Source: Eukaryota sp. TZLM1-RC (lineage: Eukaryota; Protista; Metamonada: BaSk clade). Taken from it: a DNA stretch of 64,000 nt. The notes beneath the pieces were generated by a model, which saw nothing but the letters and a program-made list of their open reading frames with translations, did no database searches and was not told the origin of the DNA. Both the position numbers and the translations under genes were made by a program. This document shows positions 35,473 to 45,256 of this stretch, piece after piece. The DNA lies in assembly GCA_040285825.1 (NCBI GenBank), contig JAUPSS010000013.1, forward strand, positions 310,001 through 374,000, written 5' to 3'. Each line of letters begins with the position of its first letter. The first letter of the stretch is position 1.

Positions 35473-37617
35473 ATTTGGAAGTAACATTCTTGGTTCACCT
35501 ACAAAAATAATAAAAATTGCGATTGCCAGGAATCGAACCTGGATCACCCCGGCCACAACGGAGAGTACTTACCATTATACTACAATCGCCACACATTTTA
35601 AATATTGGGTGTCTAAGAAATTGAACGTCCTTTTATAGGATTTCAAAAGTTGCATCCTCTTTAAATTAAATCTTAAATTAAATCTTTAAACGCTAAATAG
35701 ATTTGGATGAACGATAGCTTCTTTTAGAATATCCTCTCTCTCACACAATCATCTAATTGGTGGTTTAACATTCACAAATTGAAATCATTTCAGCATTTTA
35801 TTTTTAATTCATTTGGTCTTAAATCATCTTCTGGTGTGAAGCAAGGTGATCCTTTAGGTCCATTATCGTTTTGTTTAGCTATTCACAAAGCTTTAAATAT
35901 CATTAAGCAAAAATACCCTTCCATAAAAATAGTTGCTTATATGGATGATATAACCTTGATTGGTTCATTTGATTTACTAGAATTGGTTGCTCAAGAAATT
36001 GTCGATTCATATGAAAATATTGGGCTTCATCTTAATGCCAGCAAATGCCTTCTGATTGGTTCTTCTGCTCAAGACCTCGTGATAAACGATTCTATTGTCC
36101 CTTTTACTAATTATAGTAGTGATGCTTTTAAGTTCCTTGGTTGTTGGTTAGGAAACGTGCCTCAAATTCATAATGAATTGCAAATTATTTTGGAAAAAAT
36201 GAAAATTGAACTTGATTCAATTTCTTCTTTAGATATAGAAAAGCATATTAAATTTTTCATGCTTAAAATTTGCTACACTGGGAGAATAACCCACATTTTG
36301 AGATCTTGTGCTCCTTCCATAGCATTAGATTTTTGTCGTTCATTCAATTCATTGAGAACAGAATTTTTTGCTGATTTATTGGATGTAGAACCAGGAATGT
36401 TGAAAAGTCACTTATTTTCTTCAGCAAATTTGGGGGGTATTGGATTTACTAAATCTTCAATTTTGTGTCAATCAGCATTCTTGGGTGGTGGCAAAAATTT
36501 TATTTATGAATTTTCTCGTAGATTTCCTGATGATTCTCACCTGTTAGTCCTCAATTGTAGTCCCTATTTGTATGAGTTATCTTGTGAACTTGAAAAATTG
36601 CCGCCACAAATTTGGACCAAATGTTTTCCTCAATCAATTCAAGAAATTCCAAATCGATCTCTATTTAATTTACAGTTTTGCTGTAAAAAGCTTCAACAAA
36701 AATTGTCAAAGATTTTTGAAAGCTTGGATTTTGATGTTAGACTTGGCTTGGCCAAGAAAAAGAATCCCGCTTTTGCAAATCTTTTACAAGATATGTGTGA
36801 TTGTACTTCTTCTGCCTTAGTAACAACAATTCCTCAAGTTTATGGTACTCTCTTATCCGATTCTGCTTGGACTCTGAATATGAGATTTCGTTCCTTTATC
36901 TGGCCTGATAATTTACCTCATAATTTAATTGGTAAATGTTCTCGAGAAATTACAACTACTCATTTGTTAAATTGTAAACATTTTATTACTTTTAGAAGAA
37001 AGGTTCATGATGCTGTAAGAGACCAGTTATATTGTATGTGTAAATCTCATAGAATTGAATCCTTCTTGGAACCTCTGTTGTCAAATCTGTTTGATGCTGA
37101 AAATGATTTTCATAAGAATAATAGAGGTGATGTCATATTACCTGGATTAGATGGAAGCTTCATTTTATTGGATGTAATGTCTGTTGATCCTTGTAATGCC
37201 TCAAATGAAAGGCTTGTTAATTCTGAAATTCACAATCCCCTTTAAATGCTGAAAATTTTAAATTCAAAAAATACAATGAACCTTTGTCCAATTTGGCCAG
37301 TCTACAGCATGCAAAATACAATTTGTATCCATTTGTATTTACCCTTTTTGGTTCACTTGCACCAACTGCTTTACGTTTTTTGGATGATTTTGAAATGATT
37401 GTAAAGAGAAGAACTGGCAGAAATTTCAACAGATTGTTTTGGCAAAATAGAATTGTGTTTTCTATTTTTAAGGGGATGTTGAAGATGGTTTCTGATGCTT
37501 TGCTTTCTCTTGGATCTCACTATGAGAGAGTTGCATCTAGTGTTTTTGTTTTGGGAGAGATGGATTTTTTAGATGTTGATTTATAGGTTTAGAATAAAAT
37601 TAAATTTAAATAAAAAA
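35473..37617 (+). mobile_element. CRE-like family C element, internally deleted, with antisense tRNA-His at its putative 5' end
   Basis: RT C-half and RLE at 35779-37586 with an A-rich tail. The 5' boundary is inferred from flank homology with the family A 5' end. Confidence 0.75.
35518..35589 (-). tRNA. tRNA-His(GTG), D-loop variant GGTA
   Basis: Full cloverleaf, TTCGA T-loop, followed by a T-run. Confidence 0.95.
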
Positions 37618-37839
37618 AGATATCAAAAAAAATTTATAGGATTTTTATAAGCTTTTCTTTCTGATCACCTAAATCGTCCAACATTTTACGAAACACGATA
37701 ACGACAGTACATTCTTAATCATGTATTTTGTATTGACACATCCTGAACATTGATGTTCATTAAATACACACGTCTTTTCTGGTAAAATGTTATTGTATTC
37801 TTTCAAGCACTATTTAAAAATGTCAAGTGAATAATTTAG

Positions 37840-38373
37840 TCAACTCTCCATTCTCAACAACTTTTCAATGTTCAAATGACTGCTGTGTACATCACCAAGT
37901 TCTTCAAGCCCTTCAACCCACTCTCCATCCTGATTATCAAACAACTTCTCCAACGGCACCTTACTTCTACCTTTAAGGAATACTAATTTCAACGAGGCCC
38001 TACACATCATCTTCCCTCCGCTGTACATTGTCTGTTCAAGGAAACCCCAATGTCCAGAGATTCCAGTAATTTTGGTTTCTATGTGGTATTTTTGAAATAA
38101 TTTTAACTGCCGTTTATAAGTCACCGCAATGCCCGCTACAACAGGATTGAATTTACCACGACGGCATACCGTTAGTAGACCTGATTCCAGGACGAGTGAC
38201 CAACGAGCAAGTTCAAAGACGACTAGATATGATGCATTATTCATGTGGAAGTTGTAGTCAATATCGTTTAAGGTACATCTAGAGTTGAATCGGAACACAG
38301 AGTCTAGGGGTTGTCGTTTTCCAAAGAGAAGATACTTGATAAAGATGTAAAGGTACCGCAGAATGTAGAACAT
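37840..38373 (-). CDS. Hotdog-fold thioesterase (THEM6/4HBT-like)
   Basis: DIDYNFHMNNASYL..FELAR and YKRQLKLFQKY motifs. Confidence 0.9.
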   Translation of the reverse strand: MFYILRYLYIFIKYLLFGKRQPLDSVFRFNSRCTLNDIDYNFHMNNASYLVVFELARWSLVLESGLLTVCRRGKFNPVVAGIAVTYKRQLKLFQKYHIETKITGISGHWGFLEQTMYSGGKMMCRASLKLVFLKGRSKVPLEKLFDNQDGEWVEGLEELGDVHSSHLNIEKLLRMES

Positions 38374-38794
38374 CTAAATTTGGAGAGAGGGAGATTGATG
38401 ATGTCAGAGAATAGAGGACTATGTGTAATAAATAAAAAACTATTTTTCCTATTAACAATCAATGTAAAATACCGAGCTTGCAACACTTTCAAGCCACCAC
38501 CCGTGGTGTGTTTCTATCATTCTTCTTCATCAGACAACCATATACGAGCTTCTCTAGTAGATAAACAAATATCGCACTATATATTAACACTAATGTCTCA
38601 TTACATACTCATGTGAAATGTTCACAGTTCAAAAGATGAGTAAACAAAAGAAGTTTACCACATTTACAGGTTAAATGATTAGGCAAATTGTTTGGCCATA
38701 GAAAACAACGAAAACGCATGTTAAAAAACCATTCATTGCTTTAAAAAGTCTACCAATAGAGGGAAATTGAATAACTAAAGCAGCAGCGGAACTA

Positions 38795-38965
38795 TTTATA
38801 TTTATTGGACTTTCACACTTAACAAAATAAATTCATAACTAATTGGGCGAAATTCATTGAACCAAGTACTAGTTGCTGTCTCGCTAAAGCTTCTCTAATT
38901 TGATTGAAAAACCGAGGCAGTCTATTAATTATGGCCAATTGAATTCAAGGGCGCCATAAAAAGAT
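38795..38965 (-). mobile_element. Old family A 3'-end fragment
   Basis: Matches the family A 3' end and UTR with deletions; another relic lies near 39610-39790 on the plus strand. Confidence 0.7.
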
Positions 38966-40147
38966 TCACGACAGGAGAGCAGGGGAGCAGGTGTTGTTTC
39001 TAACAGTGAGGGATGTGACCTTATATGTTGGCAAACAGAAGTGGAAACAATGCAGCGAGATTAATTATGTATCTAGTCAATTTTGTAACTAGTTTTGGAT
39101 TTAGTCAGTCTCTATTTATATTTATCTGAAGTTTTGTTCAAAAGACATGATTTTTGCAACTTCCATAATGTCAGGAATGGTGTTTCTGGCTCTGACAGTT
39201 GTTGTTCTTTCTTTGTTCATCGCCACCAACGGCCAAACTGAGAGGAGGAACTAAATTTTACATGAACATTGTAGATGAACATTGTAGATTTTCATGTTCA
39301 AACAACCAAGAATGGATGGAATATATCACATCTTTACGTTCTAACTTGGTATTCTGGAATTGCTTCAACATACAGAACTGCAACTAAAACCAAGCTGCAG
39401 TATTCAAATATGCTAATCAATTATGTAAATAATTAAATTGAAAAATGTTAGCGGAAAAAAATCTGTGTCAAAAAATTGAATTTCAACAATACCTACCTGG
39501 ATTTAAAGTTTGTAAATATCATGATGATTGTTTAAATAAACTCAAATGATTGCCACAAACATTAAATTTCTAATTCAGTTCCATTTGAATTCTTCGAAAA
39601 CTATTGGATTATTCAAATAGGACCTTATTCCGAATCCCCAAACTTCTTGAGCAGGAAGTTTTGAAACTAACTTAATTTAGAATTCATTAGAGAAGCAATG
39701 GCGAAAAAACAAACAGATCAGGATTTTAGAGAGAAATCAATGGTTCATTGCATTTATTTCTATTAGTTCTGATATTATTTTATTAAGTGTTGAATAAAAA
39801 AATTATAGAGCAATTACTTTCATAATTTTTTTATTATTAATTCTTTTTCCAGAACTCAAAATACCATAAAATATTGTTGAAAATAGAAGAACATTGGCAT
39901 TGAATTTGGAAATTAGAATGAATTTAGAAATTTTAGAAATACAACTTTGCAGTGATAAGGAAATCAAAGAAGCTAGAACCAGAAATCTTGAAGAGCAATT
40001 ACAGTCTGGAACAAGACTAGATAGTCAGCCCAAAAAAGAAAGTCAACAGCAAAATCAACCCCTCCTTCAAAAATTGCCAGAAATTCAGTAGCATTGTCAA
40101 ATGACTCATACAATTTGTTTACACCCTCATTTTTTCCAACGCTTCGT

Positions 40148-40477
40148 CAAAAAGTTTTAAAGCATCATCGATCAAGTAGAGGAGTTGGATGGAGAATTTC
40201 TTTAAGAGAAATGGTTACATAGTATGTTTAGTTGATGAGAGAAACACATTTCCAAAGTGTCCCACTTGTTATGACCCAGTAAATGTGTTTCTTGATGTTG
40301 AGAATCCTAGACCATGAATGAGAGAGTAAAATCCTACTGTGAAATGTCATGCTTTGTTAAGATGTCGATCTGATGCCTGTAGAAAAGAATACGATGGAAA
40401 GGATAAGATATGGCATCGTGACAAGTTAGTATGTATCAACATCAAGGCAATAGTAGATAATTTTGTAGAGGATAGCG
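40148..40477 (+). pseudogene. Fanzor1 C-terminal relic (RuvC-II, zinc finger, RuvC-III)
   Basis: Manual translation: KVLKHHRSSRGVGWR/FFKRNGYIVCLVDERNTFPKCPTC...VENPRP*...KCHALLRCRSDAC...IWHRDKLVCINIKAIV. Confidence 0.85.
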
Positions 40478-41495
40478 TTTTTATTTATTGCATTTGCACA
40501 CTTAATTAAATTAACTCAATACTAATGGGACGACTATCATTGAATCAAGATTTCCTCTACAAAATCTTGATCTGCTTGCTGTCTAGCTAAAGCTTCTCTT
40601 ATTCGATTGAAAAACCGCGGTAATCCATAAATAATGGCAAATTGAATCCGTGAACGCCATAAAAAAATATCAAATCTTTTCATTGTTTTTTCTTGCACCA
40701 TTTTTTGGAAGTCATCCAAAAAAGTTTCTGCTTCAACTGATAATCTTCCATTTATCGAAAATGGGAAAGCAATAAAAACCAGCTGTGTATTTCTATCGAC
40801 ATTTGCCTCTTCAATGTCTTTATCATATTTTCTATGTTTCTCTCTTGCTTTAAAATCCAGAGCAGCCACCGGATTAAGTTTTCTTCTGTGAACCAAAGTA
40901 TCATTTGCAACATTACATGAGACAAAGTCAACAACAGCTTCAGAGTTCTCAATCCAATCACAGTATACATCACCTCTGTCATCAGAACCAAAATTATTCA
41001 ATGACAATGTTTCTTTCAGCAGATGTTCTTTAATACACGAAACTCTTGCAGTTCGATTCATATAAAAAACAGTGTCTCTAACAGCATCGTGTAATGAAGA
41101 ACGATAGGTTATCAATTTCGAACAATTCATAGCATGTCGCAAAGTGAGCTGAGGTGAATTCGAACAAATACATTTTTCTTTTGATAATAATTGATTAATG
41201 GGGATATTCAAATATAATCTCATTTTTGTTACAAACGCTTCATTAGGAGCACACAGTTCAAATCTTCGTGGTACAATGGTTACAAAAAGTGAAGAATCTG
41301 GTGTCTGCTTTTCACAAACACCCTTTTCCAATAACAATAAGTGAAGATCTGGATTTAAAACAGCCGAGCTGCATATACTATTATAAAGATCATTTTCATA
41401 CATTCCAGTCAATCGTTTCTGTAATGTTCAAAGAGTGTATTTTGAATTTAAGTATTTCTTTTCGGGGGTATTGTCATTGAGTGATTGGGGAAAGC
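40478..41495 (-). mobile_element. 5'-truncated CRE-like family A copy
   Basis: 291-aa RLE ORF at 40537-41412 and a (TAAA) tail; no TSD found. Confidence 0.92.
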
Positions 41496-41560
41496 TGCGG
41501 AACTAATACGAATGTCTTTTAAAAAAACGTTGAAAAAGAATTGTTTACATTCCTATTATA

Positions 41561-43537
41561 CTAAGGACCAGGACCCAGTGTTCTGTCCAAGTTATAACCT
41601 GCAGAGATTAAGGTCAAATGAGTCAATGCTTGAGGAAAGTTACCAAGTAGTCTCCCATCAATCCCTATCTCTTCTGCAAAAATACCCAAATGATTGGATA
41701 ATGACAAGCCCTTCTCAAACATTAACCTGGCCTTGCCCAGTTTTTTCTTATCTCCCTGTGAGCAGCTCCTTGTGTAGGCTTCAACCAACCAGAAAGTGGC
41801 CAAACAGAAAGTACCTTCTTGGGAAGAAAATCCATCATACAACTCTTCATGATTGTATCTAAACACTAGTCCATCAAGAAAGAGTCCTCCTTCAGCTGGA
41901 GCTTTCATGATTTGCTCAAGAGTAGAAAGCATACGTGGGTCATGTGGAGATATGAAGAAAGTGAGTGGCGCAACTATGATCAACAGAGTGAGACCAACAT
42001 ACGTAGAATAGAAGCGTCCAAGCTTTCTGCTTCAAAGTGTGCCGTGTATGCACCTCTTCTTTCATTCCAGCCATTCTTTTGAATAGTCAAATATATCTCA
42101 TCTCGTGCTTTCTTGTACCTTTCATCACATGGCAGAGACCTCTTCTCAGCTAATCTGACGGCTCTATCTAGCGCTATCCAGCTGCAGATCTTTGAGTAGG
42201 TGTGATGTCGTTGTGTGGTACGGGGTTCCCAAATGCCAGAATCTACATCTTGCCAATGATCAACCACAAAATCACATAATTTGGTTATCTGAGACAAGCA
42301 TGTTGTAAGCGTTACATACCTTGCACCATGTTTCAAATGATATCTGGGTGGCATATTTGTTGCCGAGATAAATGGTATCCAAAAGCTCACCATATATATC
42401 TGAGGTCAATACAAACATCTCCCATACCTAGCTGAAACTGTTCCTTTGCTGCGTTCCCAATCCTCACCGGTCGGCTATTCATGTAACCCGATAAATGTGG
42501 TAGTTCTTGTTCGTCAGGGACAGCACCTCCATGTATTGTGTACATAGGATATAACTTCCCCTCTTCTTCTGCATTATCAATTAATTTGGATAGAAACTCC
42601 ATGAAAGAGTCAGTCTCCTCAGTAAATCCCAGTCTAATCAAAGCATACAGCACGAACGCGGCATCTCGCAGCCATACAAATCTGTAGTCAAACTGCCGAT
42701 CACCACCTATACTTTCAGGAAGAGAAAACGTACTTGCTGCAATGATGGCCCCTGTGGGTTTAAATGTCAATAGTTTCAACAACAGGGCTGATCTGATCAG
42801 TTGTTCGCGCCATCGGCCACTATAACTGCATTTTCCGATCCATGAATGCCAGTAGTTTAAGGTTTTTGTAAGGTTGGATTCCACGTGTGAAGGTATTACG
42901 GATAGTGTTTCATCTGAACAAAATGTGTTGTGTGTCATTAATAAAAAGGTAGTTTCTTCCCCTTCTTTGAGTGTAAATGTGCAGGTCATGTCACCAGTTT
43001 GATTGACAGTCAGTTTCCCAATCAAATTTTGATCACAGTTTAATACTAAACATCCATGATTTTGTGTACGAAAACGCACCCTAGACCCTTCTAATTCAGC
43101 TGTATGTGGCTCTCTCGCATAATCAAACCTATGATGACGGGACACGTGATAAAATACCTTGGTGCACACTTCATTTGAAAAGTCATCTCACCACGAATCA
43201 CTCTCACACGCCTGTAAATCTGGCGAAATTCTTCTCGATCGAAGTCCATGCTCATCCAGTCGGTAATATCAGCAAGACCTTGATGAAAGATGCGGGTGAT
43301 GAGAACGTTTGTGTTAAAGTGGTACATTTGTTTAGTACGAACAGCAATATTTGAATCAACTTTGGGGTAAATTGACCAACTTCCACCTTTTTCACAGTCC
43401 AAAAGTGATGCAAAAACTGAGGGAGAATCGTGATATGGAAAACATAAGAAGTCAATCGAACAGGTGCTTGATGATACGAGAGCAGTGGTATAACAATCAC
43501 CAATCACTGCATAATCGGCAATATCCGAGTATGGCAT
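41561..43537 (-). CDS. Glycoside hydrolase family 15 (glucoamylase/trehalase-like) with four mini-introns
   Basis: Introns 43129-43157, 42400-42427, 42289-42319 and 41974-42002 restore CAPRFDYAR, QLDIYGELLD and LDASILLAPL. Motifs SLPE.IGG.R.FDYR..W.RD, GIWE and GNFPQALTH are present; 619 aa after splicing. Confidence 0.95.
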
Positions 43538-43664
43538 GTAAGGGAGCAGGATATCAAGTGAGATGATGTCTCTACAGTAACATCTCAAGGAGTTACATTT
43601 GTATAAACAAATTATATGCCATTAGAGATGCTTTTATTTCCTTGTGACACAACATGTGCAGAAG

Positions 43665-43737
43665 TCACTCGTAGCACAACCGGCAGTGCGCTCGACTGTT
43701 AATCGAAAGGTTGTGAGTTCGAGTCTCACCGAGTGAG
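43665..43737 (+). tRNA. tRNA-Asn(GTT)
   Basis: Acceptor TCACTCG/CGAGTGA, anticodon loop CTGTTAA, T-arm GTGAG-TTCGAGT-CTCAC, and a T-run terminator. Confidence 0.93.
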
Positions 43738-43919
43738 TAATTTTTTCAATTGGTGAGTTGCAAAAAATGATCTTATAACTAATGTCAATAAATGAATTAT
43801 GTTTATTTAATATCCACCAAAGAATATGTCAGAAAAACAATAATCAAAAGAAAATAAAAAACTTTATTTTCAATAAACACAATCATTTCAAATAAATTAA
43901 TATAAGTCTTGGAAACAAC

Positions 43920-45206
43920 TTATTTCCTTTCGACATGAGCCCGAATTCTATATATACAAGTATAATCACCTCCATAATTATCATCAAATTTAAATAATAT
44001 TTTCTTACACATTCTCGGAATACTGACTTTGAAATTCTGCTCAGATTGACCCTCAAGGTCATAAATGCCGGAAACCAGTTCAAAATGATGAGGCGATTGA
44101 CAAATCACTGAAAACAATTTTGGTGAAGTTCTAAAATCAACCAAATTTTCCCTTGAAGTGTGATCCAATCCGATAAACCTTACCAAATATTCAGCGTTTA
44201 ATTCCACGGTGACGTGACCCTTATTACCCTTAAAAGGCCAACATTGTCCTGGATAAATTTGGTCGCTCAAAATACGGTTGATTTGAGGAACATTCTGACC
44301 TACTACACGTAATAATAAAGAACTTGGTTTAAAAGAAGGAGAGCTTTCACGTGTGTTGATTGTTACCAAAGTGGAAGGTACCAAAATATTAGGAAATTCG
44401 AAAGGGTCAAAAAGTGGTTTGACCTTGGTTGAAAGCTCAGAAGTGATTGATTTTTTGATTGACTCAGAAAATTCTGATAGAATTGTTTGGTTGACGTTTA
44501 CATGGCGGGCTTTCAGATCATCAATTATTTTTGATTGATTCGCTAAAATTTCAGAAAGTGGGTCAATGTTGTCGGAAATGATTGATTCAATCACAGTCTG
44601 ATTGAGCCGCAGGTTACCCAAAGTTTCACTTAAACGTGTCTCGTGCTTGTCAACGACATTTTTGATCTCATTTACCAAATTTTCAAGTTTTGATATACGT
44701 TCATCTACATAATCCTGATTAATTTCGGAAATATTGACCAAAATTTCATTCAACTCACCCCTAAACCTACCAACTTCACTGCTCAATTCCATGACTGTTT
44801 TGTCAACAGTATCAACTCGGTTGGTGAGATTGGTGACGTCTGGAGAAGAGTGAATGGGTTGGATGAAGGGAGAGAAAGTCTTGACGCAAATGAAAAAGAA
44901 AAGTGTAGTGAGAGAGACAGAAACGAAGAGGTACATAATGAAGGAAGAGGGTCGACGGTTGGTGAAACGGGAGATGGAATCGGAGAGGATGACGCGTCCA
45001 AGGAAGAGGGCAAGGGAGGAAAAAAGGAGGGTGGACCAGACAGAAATGGAGATGGAGAGGCCTGTGAGTTTGAATATGGGGAGCGAGAATGCTGTCACTG
45101 CAAAAATGGTGAGAAAAAGCTTGGGAGTGAATATGAGCTGTTTGTCCTCTTCAACAGGGGCTATGGACCCACTGCGAGATCGAGTTTCATAATGATGAGT
45201 TGACAT
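43920..45206 (-). CDS. SUN-domain (Sad1/UNC-84) nuclear envelope protein
   Basis: N-terminal TMs, coiled coil, then PGQCWPFKG...DH...SPK.F...TCIYRIRAH. Start taken at MSTHHY. Confidence 0.92.
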   Translation of the reverse strand: MSTHHYETRSRSGSIAPVEEDKQLIFTPKLFLTIFAVTAFSLPIFKLTGLSISISVWSTLLFSSLALFLGRVILSDSISRFTNRRPSSFIMYLFVSVSLTTLFFFICVKTFSPFIQPIHSSPDVTNLTNRVDTVDKTVMELSSEVGRFRGELNEILVNISEINQDYVDERISKLENLVNEIKNVVDKHETRLSETLGNLRLNQTVIESIISDNIDPLSEILANQSKIIDDLKARHVNVNQTILSEFSESIKKSITSELSTKVKPLFDPFEFPNILVPSTLVTINTRESSPSFKPSSLLLRVVGQNVPQINRILSDQIYPGQCWPFKGNKGHVTVELNAEYLVRFIGLDHTSRENLVDFRTSPKLFSVICQSPHHFELVSGIYDLEGQSEQNFKVSIPRMCKKILFKFDDNYGGDYTCIYRIRAHVERK

Positions 45207-45256
45207 TAGCAGCACAAAAATGTCAATTTCCTTTAACACCCCTATATCTACACCAG

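Larger units (their letters stand above)
28408..35479. repeat. Recent inverted segmental duplication: arms 28408-30413 and 30636-35479, ~220-bp spacer
   Basis: Near-identical reverse-complement sequence with identical shadow ORFs. The right arm has extra segments at about 30786-30972 and 31928-34570. Confidence 0.95.

Noticed and set aside
35492-35502. GTAGGTGAACC match to the 18S rRNA 3' end
   Set aside because: Only 11 nt, not conserved in the 26.2 kb copy, and no other rRNA sequence is present.
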